Below, one piece after another: positions 19,717 through 29,585 of a stretch of 64,000 bases of DNA (position 1 is the first letter of the stretch; each line of letters opens with the position of its first letter). A program made the translations under genes and the position numbers. Source of the DNA: an uncultured Verrucomicrobiota bacterium (lineage in GTDB: Bacteria; Verrucomicrobiota; Verrucomicrobiia; Limisphaerales; AAA164-E04); contig CACEMW010000002.1 of NCBI GenBank assembly GCA_902560705.1, positions 18,450-82,449 of the forward strand, read 5' to 3'. Under the pieces are notes generated by a model. That model was given only the letters and a program-made list of their open reading frames with translations. It was not told the origin of the DNA and ran no database searches.

Positions 19717-20820
19717 TCAGAGGGCGACTTTCTGCCCATCCCCACGAGCCGAAGCAAGACAGGCATCCATCACTCGCTGCGTCTTAAGGGCCAGTTGAGG
19801 CCAGTACGAATCAGGATTGCCAGACAGGGCGAGTTGCGAAAAGGTTCGAAACAACTGGGTTTCCTGAGCGGACGGATGATTGTTCGCATACTCAGAGACC
19901 ACTTGGCGTTTGGTGTGACGTTCCATGTTGAACTGGCACCCCTGCACATCAAAGGAGGCGTTGGAAATCTCGAATCCCACTTCCGCGTCGTAGTAAGGAA
20001 GCACAAAATCCTGAAGAGTCAGTTGCCCCTTACTTCCACTAAAGCTCACATATTGTTGATTCTCAGTGAGGAAGGAATTGTAAAAACCGGCAGTAACTCC
20101 ACCCTCGAAAAAAAGTTCACCGGAGAATTCAATCGGCACCTGATCGTCGCTGTCCGATCTCGAGGCACCCTGGAGCATGCGCCCTGTGACGTGCGTAGGC
20201 ATTGCATCATCCATGGCCCAAAGACTGATGCGAATGGTATACCACCCCAGATCTCCCAGGCATCCGGCAGGCTCCAATCCACTGTGCATACGAATATTTC
20301 CCGATAGGAATGCCTCGGGTGCGGCAAAGCTGAACATGCTGGTGATGCGCTTGAGTGAGCCAACACTTTCTCCATCACCCAAGATCTCCTTCATCCTGGG
20401 AAGCCTTTGGCTATGCATGAACATGACTCCATCCATGAATTGCACACCATGCTCCTCGCAGGCTTGAATCATTTCCTCAAGATCCCGCGCGGCAACACCA
20501 CATGGCTTTTCGCAGAGTACGTGCTTTCCGGCGCGGGCAGCCTTGAGGACCCATTCCTTCCGCAAACCCGTCGGCAAGGGAATGTAGACCGCATCGATCT
20601 CGGGATCATCGATCAGAGCCTGGTAGCCTTCCACAGCCTTGGGAGGCACTTCAAAAGGACTTTGCTTCTGACAGGATTCAATGAAGTCCTCTGCCTGGGA
20701 GCGTTCACGACTGGCCATAGCAATGAGCCTGGCGTTACCAGCATGGTAGATGGCCTGGTAGTTTTTTCGTGCGATTTGGGCACTGCTCATGATGCCCCAG
20801 CGACATTCCGAAGAACTCAT
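19717..20820 (-). CDS. Gfo/Idh/MocA family oxidoreductase
   Basis: WGIMSSAQIARK, DAVYIPLP, GKHVLCEKP, GCLGDLGWY. Confidence 0.92.
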   Translation of the reverse strand: MSSSECRWGIMSSAQIARKNYQAIYHAGNARLIAMASRERSQAEDFIESCQKQSPFEVPPKAVEGYQALIDDPEIDAVYIPLPTGLRKEWVLKAARAGKHVLCEKPCGVAARDLEEMIQACEEHGVQFMDGVMFMHSQRLPRMKEILGDGESVGSLKRITSMFSFAAPEAFLSGNIRMHSGLEPAGCLGDLGWYTIRISLWAMDDAMPTHVTGRMLQGASRSDSDDQVPIEFSGELFFEGGVTAGFYNSFLTENQQYVSFSGSKGQLTLQDFVLPYYDAEVGFEISNASFDVQGCQFNMERHTKRQVVSEYANNHPSAQETQLFRTFSQLALSGNPDSYWPQLALKTQRVMDACLASARGDGQKVAL

Positions 20821-21027
20821 TCAGTCTTTTTAGGCGGAAAACGCATGCCGGGCAATCATCGAAACCATTCCCTCCCGTTCAGACAACCTTATTGGGTCTG
20901 GTTCATCCGTGGTAAAGTCTCCTTCATAAAACCGGACCGCCTCGAGGTTCAAATCAACTCAATGAAAGCATTCCTCTCATGGGTGAAGGATTGCATTTGG
21001 TTCGGTTTGTGAGCTAAAGATGGAGGC

Positions 21028-21459
21028 ATGAGCGCGTCCACCCACTATGTCATTTACGACGGTGATTGTCCTCTGTGCACTTTTCAGATGAAATTGCTGA
21101 CATGGATGGACTGGTTGAATCAAACCACTCTGGTCCCCTTGGCAAATGAAAAAGTTCAAACCCTCTTGCCGGATCTGAGTCGTGAGGCACTTATGTCAGC
21201 GATTCACTGCTTGGATACCAGCGGGCGCATCCATCGCGGAGCACGTTGTATTCGCTTTCTTTCCATGCGTATGCCCCTTCTCATTCCTCTCGGTCTGGTG
21301 CTGTGGTTTCCGGGTGTGATTTTGATTGCCGAAAAAATCTACCAATGGATCAGTCGAAATCGTCTCATCCTGAGCCGTGTCTTCGGCTGCAAGGACGCAT
21401 GCGGTTTCGTCCCCGAACGCAAAAGAGACCAAGAGGATATTTTTCATGACCCCCATTGA
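21028..21459 (+). CDS. DCC1-like thiol-disulfide oxidoreductase (DUF393)
   Basis: YDGDCPLC (DxxCxxC) and YQWISRNR. Confidence 0.88.
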   Translation: MSASTHYVIYDGDCPLCTFQMKLLTWMDWLNQTTLVPLANEKVQTLLPDLSREALMSAIHCLDTSGRIHRGARCIRFLSMRMPLLIPLGLVLWFPGVILIAEKIYQWISRNRLILSRVFGCKDACGFVPERKRDQEDIFHDPH

Positions 21460-21477
21460 AAAGTATCCCGTGGACCT

Positions 21478-23349
21478 ATGACAAAAGGTGACCTTTCCAT
21501 TCGACTGATCAAATGTCGGCAACGGGTGATTAAGGATTTGCTCCATGAGCGCTGCCAGGAAGGCTATTGGGAAGGCCATTTGTCCAGCAGCGCCCTTTCC
21601 ACTGCCACCGCCATCACCGCTCTGGCGACGATGGATCGAGTAGGGCATGAAACCCACTCCGGTCATCTTCAACAGGCTGGACTCAGTTGGCTGGCTTCCC
21701 ATGTCAATGACGATGGAGGATGGGGAGACACCACATGCAGTTTGAGTAATATCAGCACCACGATCCTGGTCTGGTCTGCTTTTGCTGCTTGCGATGGCCT
21801 CGACGTTTATCCGGAGGTGATGGCTGCAGCTGAGCAATGGTTGAGACGGAGAGCTGGCGGATTGGATTCCAAGCAATTATCACAGGCGATTACTCAGCGC
21901 TACGGAAAGGACAAGACCTTCTCCGTTCCCATCTTGACCATGTGTGCGATCGCTGGTCGCTTCGGCGAAGGCCGTAAGGCCTGGGAAAGCATCACGGACC
22001 TTCCCTTCGAACTGGCGGCGCTTCCTCCGCAATGGTTTGCTGCTCTGCGTCTTCCAGTCGTCAGCTACGCACTGCCAGCCTTGATCGCCATTGGACAAGT
22101 CAAGCATCACCACGCTCCTTCCAAAAATCCACTGATCCGAGGTTTGAGGAAAGCGTGTCGTAGTATCACTCTTCGACGACTGAGCAGCATTCAGCCATCC
22201 AGCGGGGGGTTTCTGGAGGCCACTCCCCTGACAAGTTTTGTGGTCATGAGCCTGGCTGCCTCCGATGAGGCAGCGAACACAGTTGCGCAGAAGGGTATGC
22301 AATTTCTGAAGGAATCCTTTCGAGAGGACGGAAGCTGGCCCATTGACACACATCTGGCGACCTGGGTCACCAGCCTGGCGGTTCATGGACTTGGTCGGAA
22401 AGGCTGTCAGCAACTCGAGGCACAGGGTAGAAGGGCCATCCGCCGTTGGCTATTGGATCAGCAATACCTGCAAAAACATCCCTACACACAAGCACCACTA
22501 GGAGGTTGGGCGTGGACGCCACTTCCGGGTGGGGTCCCTGATGCAGATGATACGCCGGGAGCACTGATTGCCTTACACCAATTATCCGAAAATCCGGCCA
22601 GTGAGATCGATCGAGCCATACTTGGGATTCGCTGGCTGCTGGGCCTTCAAAACCGGGATGGAGGAATGCCCACTTTTTGTCGAGGTTGGGGTCATTTACC
22701 CTTTGATCGAAGTAGTGCCGACATCACCGCGCACGCCATCCGTGCATGGCATCTGTGGAAGCCATATGTCACTCCACCTCTCCAGCGCTCCATCCAGGTA
22801 GCCACACGTCGAGCCCTGGACTATTTAAAGCGAATGCAGAAGGAGGATGGGAGTTGGGATCCCCTCTGGTTTGGCAATCAACATCTGGAAGGCGAAAACA
22901 ACCCACTGTATGGGACTGCGAAAGTAGTGGAAGGATGGCTTTGCCTGGCATCTGAACCAGCGGAGGAGTCTGGCTTGTCACACGCCATCCATTGGCTAAT
23001 CGATCAGCAAAGTGAAAATGGAGGTTGGGGGGCAACCAAAGGTCTCCCTAACACCATTGAAGAGACGGCGTTGGCCGTGTCTGCGTTGGCTTTGGCAGCA
23101 TCCCGGTGGCCCGGGAAAGGCTATCCACAAGGGCTTAGGCTACATCAAAGTCTAAGGAAAGGCGCTGGCTGGCTTTGCCAGCGAGTGGAGGATCAGTCTT
23201 ACCGCAATCATGCCCCCATCGGATTCTACTTTGCCAAACTCTGGTATTTCGAGCGACTCTATCCCATGGTCTACACAGCAGCGGCTTTCAAGGCTCTGGA
23301 GGATGGGTGCCATGAAGAACCGACCCAGACAAAATATCCCCATCCTTGA
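21478..23349 (+). CDS. Squalene-hopene cyclase-like terpene cyclase (prenyltransferase/squalene oxidase repeats)
   Basis: DADDT (DxDD) motif; QW-type repeats NDDGGWG, EDGSW, QNRDGG, QKEDGSW, QSENGGWG. Confidence 0.88.
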   Translation: MTKGDLSIRLIKCRQRVIKDLLHERCQEGYWEGHLSSSALSTATAITALATMDRVGHETHSGHLQQAGLSWLASHVNDDGGWGDTTCSLSNISTTILVWSAFAACDGLDVYPEVMAAAEQWLRRRAGGLDSKQLSQAITQRYGKDKTFSVPILTMCAIAGRFGEGRKAWESITDLPFELAALPPQWFAALRLPVVSYALPALIAIGQVKHHHAPSKNPLIRGLRKACRSITLRRLSSIQPSSGGFLEATPLTSFVVMSLAASDEAANTVAQKGMQFLKESFREDGSWPIDTHLATWVTSLAVHGLGRKGCQQLEAQGRRAIRRWLLDQQYLQKHPYTQAPLGGWAWTPLPGGVPDADDTPGALIALHQLSENPASEIDRAILGIRWLLGLQNRDGGMPTFCRGWGHLPFDRSSADITAHAIRAWHLWKPYVTPPLQRSIQVATRRALDYLKRMQKEDGSWDPLWFGNQHLEGENNPLYGTAKVVEGWLCLASEPAEESGLSHAIHWLIDQQSENGGWGATKGLPNTIEETALAVSALALAASRWPGKGYPQGLRLHQSLRKGAGWLCQRVEDQSYRNHAPIGFYFAKLWYFERLYPMVYTAAAFKALEDGCHEEPTQTKYPHP

Positions 23350-23390
23350 TCGGCCATCCAAAAACCATTCACAGTGTTTATTGGCATGGA

Positions 23391-23699
23391 TTAAGCCAAG
23401 CAGATCCAGATCACCAAAAAGGCCAGCATTCCAACAAAAGCACCCAAAAAGGTCACCCATAAAGGCTCATCCGGAGCCTCCACCGACGAAGCGGAAGAAG
23501 CTCGAGACTCCTGCTGACTGCGCACCATTACTTTGAAGTGATTCTGTGGTGTTTTAGCATACAGCGGAAAATCTGCAGGGAGACTGCTTGTGGGTTCATT
23601 TCGAGAAAGGAACTGGGACCATGAATCTGAACCGATGGCTTGAGTGGTTTCTTGAACATTCATAAACATGGCACCATGCTCCCACATACCATGGGACAT
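23391..23699 (-). CDS. Small hypothetical protein with C-terminal TM helix
   Basis: Fills the gap between genes; hydrophobic C-terminus LWVTFLGAFVGMLAFLVIWICLA. Confidence 0.45.
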   Translation of the reverse strand: MSHGMWEHGAMFMNVQETTQAIGSDSWSQFLSRNEPTSSLPADFPLYAKTPQNHFKVMVRSQQESRASSASSVEAPDEPLWVTFLGAFVGMLAFLVIWICLA

Positions 23700-23841
23700 T
23701 TACTGTCTTATGAGGGTTAATAAGAGAATTTTTGTGCTTTCTTCTGGCGGGAAGCCTTACTCATGCGGGAGGATGTGGGAGATGTTTTCCTCACCTCATC
23801 AGTTCAGCCAGAAGGCCATCCCCTGCAAAGGTTTCACCAGA

Positions 23842-26106
23842 ATGGCCTCAAGCCACTTCCTCTTTTTCTTTCATGGCTTGATTCTATGGATCGGTCATCT
23901 GATGACCGGCCCTGCTCATGCCAACATGCCTGCTTCGTATCAACTCGAAACCGACTGGATGCTGGATGCGAAACCCTATGCTGCTTCATGGCATGAGGAT
24001 CCCGTCACTGGCATTTGCACGCTGCAAAATGGATTGGTTGCAAGACGCTGGGTTCTCGCGCCCAACGCGGCCACTATCGGTGTCGACAATCTGATGACAG
24101 GTTCACCCATCCTGCGGTCCATTCGACCCGAGGCATCTCTGATCATAGATGGCATGCCATTCCCAATTGGAGGCCTGCAGGGCCAGCCCAACCACGCTTT
24201 TATTCGGGAGAAATGGATCCAAAACATGCGCGAAATGAATGGAAGCCTTCGCTACACACATTACCAGATTTCCAAGCCGCTTGAGCGATTCCCTTGGAAA
24301 AGAGTGCGGCATCATGCGCCGGATGCTGTCTGGCCTCCCAAAGGTATCCAGGTGGATTTTTACTACAGCGGTCTTGTCTCAGGGAAGGAAACAAGTGAAA
24401 CAAAGACTATGCCTCAACCACTGGAAGCAGTGGTTCATTATATCCTGTATGATGGAATCCCTGCATTCAGCAAATGGATGACCGTGACCAACCAAGGCGA
24501 TCAATCGGTCAACCTGGACCATTTCGAGTCTGAAATCCTTGCAGTCATCCCAAGAGAAGATCCTGTGGAGACCCGGGAGGGAGTGTCGATTCACGAACCC
24601 GATCTTCATGTCGAAACCGATTATGCATTTGGGGGATTTTCGGTCCGCAACAGCCGTCGCCATTCGGTACACTGGCAACCGGATCCTGCCTTTCATACTC
24701 AAGTGAATTATCTGAAGCAAAACCCTTGTCTTCTAAAAGTAGCTCCAGAAAGAGGGCCTGATCAGACACTACTTCCCGGAAAACCCTTCGAGTCTTTTCG
24801 CACCTTCATGCTCATTTATGATTCGGAAGACCGCATGCGGCAGGGGTTAGCCTTGCGTCGGATGTATCGAACCATTGCACCATGGGTCACAGAAAACCCT
24901 CTGATTCTCCACCTCACCACCACCGAGGAAGCGTCCGTTCTTCAAGCCATCGACCAAGCAGCAATTTGCGGATTCGAAATCGTCAATTTCAGCTTTGGCA
25001 GTGGTCTGAACATGGAAAACCGAGGGATTGAAAACCTTGATTATTTCAAAAAACTTGCGACTTATGCAGCGTCCAAAGGCATTGAGCTTGGAGGTTATTC
25101 CCTGTTGTCGAGTCGAAGGATTTCTCCCGATTCGGATAATTGCATTCATCCGGAAACTGGAAGACCGGGTGGGCAAACCCATGGATTTGCCCCAGCACTG
25201 GCCTCTGAATGGGGGCAGCAATACCTTGAATCAATTCAATCCTTTTTTGAAACCACCGGCTTTTCCAAGTTTGTTCATGACGGATCCTATCCAGGAGATT
25301 GGGATGCCGCGTCCAGACCTCCACTTCAAAAGGGGCTCAACGATAGTCAATGGATACAATGGAAACTGATCACCCGGCTTTACCAGTGGATGCGTTCGGA
25401 AGGCATCTATCTAAGGGTTCCTGACTACTATTACCTGAATGGTGCCAATGAAGCCGGAATGGGTTACCGAGAGGTCAATTGGTCCCTCCCAAGGTTGGAA
25501 CAGCAGATTCATACACGGCAAAATATTTTTGATGGTACGTGGGAAAAAACACCCAGTATGGGATGGATGTTTGTCCCGTTGACCGAATACCATGGTGGAG
25601 GCGAACAGGCGACCATCGAACCCCTAAGTCGTCATTGGCAGCATTACCAAACGATGCTTTTGTCAAACCTCGGAGCAGGTGTACAGGCGGTCTATCGAGG
25701 CCATCGCCTGTTTGATTCCGATCAAATCAGAGAAGGAGTGACCCGCTCGGTTCAATGGTTCAAGTCAAATCGTGATATTCTGGAAAGCGACCTCATCCAT
25801 ACGTCCTCTCGACGGGCTGAAGGTACTCATCCTGATTGGTATTTTCATGCCAATCCTAAATTGAAGAGTAAAGGCCTTTGGATCGGGTTCAATCCATCGA
25901 ATAAGGCCGTTGAGATGGATCTTCTCCTCAATGTTTACTTCACGGGACTGACTGATCAAATTCGCATTCTACCTAGGGGAAATCAGGATAAAAGTGCCAT
26001 TTATACTTTGGACAGAAATCATCGAGTCAAAATGCCAGTCAATTTACCCGCCAATGGAACTGAATGGTTTTTGATAGAAGAGGTTCCTAAGCGGCCGATG
26101 CCTTAG
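23842..26106 (+). CDS. Secreted alpha-galactosidase-like glycoside hydrolase (probable start ATG 23842; ORF opens at 23668)
   Basis: Signal peptide ending AHA; SFGSG, GGYSLL, HDGSYPGD, MGYREVNWSLPR, WMFVPLTEYHGGG motifs recalled from this uncharacterised family. Confidence 0.65.
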   Translation: MASSHFLFFFHGLILWIGHLMTGPAHANMPASYQLETDWMLDAKPYAASWHEDPVTGICTLQNGLVARRWVLAPNAATIGVDNLMTGSPILRSIRPEASLIIDGMPFPIGGLQGQPNHAFIREKWIQNMREMNGSLRYTHYQISKPLERFPWKRVRHHAPDAVWPPKGIQVDFYYSGLVSGKETSETKTMPQPLEAVVHYILYDGIPAFSKWMTVTNQGDQSVNLDHFESEILAVIPREDPVETREGVSIHEPDLHVETDYAFGGFSVRNSRRHSVHWQPDPAFHTQVNYLKQNPCLLKVAPERGPDQTLLPGKPFESFRTFMLIYDSEDRMRQGLALRRMYRTIAPWVTENPLILHLTTTEEASVLQAIDQAAICGFEIVNFSFGSGLNMENRGIENLDYFKKLATYAASKGIELGGYSLLSSRRISPDSDNCIHPETGRPGGQTHGFAPALASEWGQQYLESIQSFFETTGFSKFVHDGSYPGDWDAASRPPLQKGLNDSQWIQWKLITRLYQWMRSEGIYLRVPDYYYLNGANEAGMGYREVNWSLPRLEQQIHTRQNIFDGTWEKTPSMGWMFVPLTEYHGGGEQATIEPLSRHWQHYQTMLLSNLGAGVQAVYRGHRLFDSDQIREGVTRSVQWFKSNRDILESDLIHTSSRRAEGTHPDWYFHANPKLKSKGLWIGFNPSNKAVEMDLLLNVYFTGLTDQIRILPRGNQDKSAIYTLDRNHRVKMPVNLPANGTEWFLIEEVPKRPMP

Positions 26107-26125
26107 TTAAGGTTGAATTTGGCTT

Positions 26126-27103
26126 TTGTTCAGGCATACTTTTATTATGAGCCGCCTGCGCATCCTTCCTGATTGGCACATCAGTGACAAATGCATCACC
26201 CCTGAAGCAAGCTACCAGAAGAGGCGAGCGTTTATCCGAAAGTTAGGTTTGGGCACCGCGGGGATGAGCTTGGGAACGGGCCCGCTTTCCATGTTGGGTG
26301 CAGAATCCAACGCCAAGGATAACAAGGTCAGTTCCCTAGGCTATCCTTTTAAAAGAAACAAAGATTTCAATCCAAGCTGGAAGCTCACGCAGCAGAAAGT
26401 TGCTGAGTCCTATAACAATTTCTACGAATTTACGACCAACAAATCGAGAGTGCGATACATGGTAGGTGGCTTCAATGTCAGTCCATGGGATGTCCAGGTC
26501 GGGGGTTTAGTTGAAAACCCTGTCACCCTTCCGCTGGAAGATTGTTACACGCGCTTTCCAATGGAAGAGCGTGTGTATCGCTTTCGTTGTGTCGAAGCCT
26601 GGTCCATGATCGTGCCTTGGACAGGATTTCCATTGTCAGCCCTCCTCAAATTGGTGCAGCCAAAACCAGAAGCACGTTTTGTCAAATTTACGACGTTCAA
26701 CCGACCGAATGAAGCTCCAGGCATGCGTCTGGGCTCTTATCCTTGGCCTTATGTGGAAGGTCTCACGATTGAGGAAGCGGAACATCCCCTCACATTCGTT
26801 GCTACGGGGATTTATGGCAAACCGCTGCCCAAACAGAATGGTGCACCCGTTCGTTTGGTAGTCCCTTGGAAGTACGGGTACAAAAGCATCAAGTCAATCG
26901 ATCGTATCGAATTCACGGCGCAGCAACCCAAGACCTTTTGGGAGAGCCTTTCTCCGGTGGAGTATCCCTTTCAATCCAACGTAAACCCGGATGTTCCACA
27001 TCCAAGATGGTCTCAGGCTACCGAGAGAGTCGTTGACACAGGTTTAAGGCGTCGCACCGAGGCCTACAATGGATATGGTGCTCAGGTAGGTCGACTCTAC
27101 TAG
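26126..27103 (+). CDS. msrP: Protein-methionine-sulfoxide reductase catalytic subunit MsrP
   Basis: Tat motif RRAF; YNNFYEF, RFRCVEAWSM, QNGAP, PWKYGYKSIK, HPRWSQA. Confidence 0.95.
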   Translation: MFRHTFIMSRLRILPDWHISDKCITPEASYQKRRAFIRKLGLGTAGMSLGTGPLSMLGAESNAKDNKVSSLGYPFKRNKDFNPSWKLTQQKVAESYNNFYEFTTNKSRVRYMVGGFNVSPWDVQVGGLVENPVTLPLEDCYTRFPMEERVYRFRCVEAWSMIVPWTGFPLSALLKLVQPKPEARFVKFTTFNRPNEAPGMRLGSYPWPYVEGLTIEEAEHPLTFVATGIYGKPLPKQNGAPVRLVVPWKYGYKSIKSIDRIEFTAQQPKTFWESLSPVEYPFQSNVNPDVPHPRWSQATERVVDTGLRRRTEAYNGYGAQVGRLY

Positions 27104-27300
27104 ATCTACCAAAGAATAAGTCACCATTTGTTTCCTTACAGCTTATCCGTCCTTCTGCATTCCATTTGACTGCAGAAGAAATGGAAGTGGGTTTTCATTT
27201 CATACATACAATGGGTTTCGAGTTTGGACAACATTCCGTTCGTCCCATGCTCAAGCATGGTTCCATTGAATGAATGGCTTGGATCGGAAATCGATACTAT

Positions 27301-27332
27301 AAAAAAAGCGCCTGCGGTAAGCAGGCGCTTTT
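27301..27332. terminator. Bidirectional Rho-independent terminator
   Basis: A7-GCGCCTGC-ggtaa-GCAGGCGC-T4 between convergent genes. Confidence 0.85.
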
Positions 27333-27354
27333 GATATGTTGATTGGGCTAGGAA

Positions 27355-28284
27355 TTATTGGTTGTATTTGTTTTCGATAAACTCTTCCTTAGCTTCTTCC
27401 AGAATCTGCTTGATCACAGGGTCTTCACGAGCCTCAGAATCAACCGCTACGTCACCCTCGACGAATACCTCAACCTCAGCAACGCTGGCAAAGCCTTCTT
27501 CCTCATCAACCTCGACATCTTGCTGAATCTCGACGACTGCTTTTAGGATAGTTAGGTTGATGACCTCAACAAATGATACCGCTTCCACAGTGGTATCGCC
27601 GGCAGCAGCTTTTGCGTTGACTTCCTCAACCTGCTGGATGACTTGGTCGAGACCAGAAGGAGTGAGGTTCTCGGTTTTTTTGGTAATCGGGTTAACAATC
27701 GTGGTCACTGGCGCGACCTGCGCGATAGACTTCTTCAGAGTGCCAATGGTCACAGCAACACCGCCTCCGGCGTTGTGGCCGCCAACAGGAGATGCAGCGA
27801 AGCGCTGAGGAAGAGATTCCACCATAGCCGCGATGCTCTCAGCTTGGGCGGGCACTGCCGAACTGACAGCCTTGACCACCAAGTCTTGACTATCTGGGAA
27901 GAAGATTCCGGAGGTAGCTGCGATAACTTCAGCTTTATCGGGTGCTGAAGCAGCAGCGGCGCGCAGGATGACATCACCATATTGAGGAACAATAGATGAA
28001 GCAATGACGGCAAGCACAGGGGCGGAGTCCGGAGCCACTCTGGAAAGAGTCGCCACCATTTGAACTGCCATTTGCGGACGTTCCTTGAGAACAGCGGTCA
28101 GAATAGAGCGCGACAGCTGGAGTTGTTTATCAACTGGAGCAGAACGAACGAGTTCGGCTGCTTGAGCCGGAATTTCGATGGCTGGAAGCTGATTGATGGT
28201 TGATACGGCATCTTGCGAAGCAAACGCGGATGATGCGAGTAGCAGCGTCGCTGCGAAAACTGAAAATATTTTAAATCTCGACAT
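27355..28284 (-). CDS. Secreted Ala/Val-rich hypothetical protein with 15-aa repeats and acidic C-terminus
   Basis: Signal peptide (AFA); Pro every 15 residues from residue 70 to 145; own promoter-like TTGACA and strong terminator. Confidence 0.85.
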   Translation of the reverse strand: MSRFKIFSVFAATLLLASSAFASQDAVSTINQLPAIEIPAQAAELVRSAPVDKQLQLSRSILTAVLKERPQMAVQMVATLSRVAPDSAPVLAVIASSIVPQYGDVILRAAAASAPDKAEVIAATSGIFFPDSQDLVVKAVSSAVPAQAESIAAMVESLPQRFAASPVGGHNAGGGVAVTIGTLKKSIAQVAPVTTIVNPITKKTENLTPSGLDQVIQQVEEVNAKAAAGDTTVEAVSFVEVINLTILKAVVEIQQDVEVDEEEGFASVAEVEVFVEGDVAVDSEAREDPVIKQILEEAKEEFIENKYNQ

Positions 28285-28387
28285 AACTATTCCTTAATTT
28301 CCCATTCAACTGATTCAAGCTACTAACTTGCAGATGGACTTGTCAACCAAAAACAACTTCTCAAAGCATAATTTGCATTACCCGTTA

Positions 28388-29419
28388 TCACGCTCCCATA
28401 CCATCTTCAAAGGATCCTCCTGCCACAGGGAATACCAGATTCTCTTTGACATAGCGGATGCCATTCGCGCTGGTTGCATCAAGATCTCGGTAAGCACTTT
28501 CGGCTTCCACCACAAGGGGGGCGCTTGGGCGGCCCATTTTTTGGCAATAGCGAGTGGGATAGCCGACGTGAATCATGAGTTCCGTGTAGCGCATCATGTT
28601 CAAATCGCCGCTTGGAAGGTCTGTAAACTGCATCGCTCGCCCACCCCAATTGGGCTCCATCATGCGAAGCGGAATGTTTTTACGAATGGTGAAATTTTTG
28701 ACATGGCATCCGTAAACACGAGGTCCCACCTTGAGAAATCGCCTTTCAAAATCTTCTCCTTCCCAGCAGTGGGATGGGTCTGCGTTGACCCCCAAACAAG
28801 AATCTCCATCGCAGATATCCACAAGCATGTTGAAATCGTCCGCACACATGGCAGCTGTTCCGGGGTGAATCTCATGTGCCAGCACGATTCCCAGTTTGTT
28901 GGCATGCTCTCGAATTCGAGCTGTTTTGTTCACAAAGCGCTCTTGGCCCTCCTTAATAAGATCGAAATCACCCCCTGCCCAAAAACCCCAAGGATAACCG
29001 GTGGCGAGTTCCCAACCAAAGGCCACACCCCAAAACATAGGCAGTATCTTAATCCCCAGCTCGACCGACAAATCCATAAGACCAAGCAAGTAGTCTTCGG
29101 ACCATTGCTCAATTTGTTCAGGACTTTGTTTGGCAACATCCTCCGGAATGAAGGGGCGGATCGACGGTGTGCCTGTCCATGCACTCGTGTGGACCCACGC
29201 AGGACAGTGACAGGAGATCCCATCCAAGCTCATGCCATGCTGCTCAAAAGCCGCAAGAATCTCGCTAGCTGACCGGAAACCATTGGCGCTCTGGAGCATG
29301 TAGTTAGACGGTTGAACGCCATCCGCACCCGCACCTTTGGCGTAGTCGAGAAAAGCCTCCAACGATTTTGCCCCGTGTTGAGCACCCTCAACGCTTGCAT
29401 GAAAACAGGATCGTGCCAT
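28388..29419 (-). CDS. Sugar phosphate isomerase/epimerase (xylose isomerase-like TIM barrel); probable start ATG 29419
   Basis: AHEIHPG, NADPSH, CHVKN, VVEAE metal-binding pattern. Confidence 0.85.
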   Translation of the reverse strand: MARSCFHASVEGAQHGAKSLEAFLDYAKGAGADGVQPSNYMLQSANGFRSASEILAAFEQHGMSLDGISCHCPAWVHTSAWTGTPSIRPFIPEDVAKQSPEQIEQWSEDYLLGLMDLSVELGIKILPMFWGVAFGWELATGYPWGFWAGGDFDLIKEGQERFVNKTARIREHANKLGIVLAHEIHPGTAAMCADDFNMLVDICDGDSCLGVNADPSHCWEGEDFERRFLKVGPRVYGCHVKNFTIRKNIPLRMMEPNWGGRAMQFTDLPSGDLNMMRYTELMIHVGYPTRYCQKMGRPSAPLVVEAESAYRDLDATSANGIRYVKENLVFPVAGGSFEDGMGA

Positions 29420-29585
29420 AATTGAAGGCCTTATTTGTAGGATTTGTGGGCTTCGTTGTAAAGATCCAATTGCCGCCGGTGATGCCTCAACCACAAAGGA
29501 GCCTAAGGCTCACGTGCTCTTCCTCACAAATATTTTGGCTAAAAGTCGCCTCAACTCTTGGATTGAAACACCATTGATAGAGAAT

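Noticed and set aside
28328-29272. 314-aa plus-strand ORF
   Set aside because: Antisense shadow of the sugar isomerase
28388-29419. TIM-barrel protein as EboE
   Set aside because: Lacks the N-terminal YCxNxH-type motif recalled for EboE; looks like a generic isomerase
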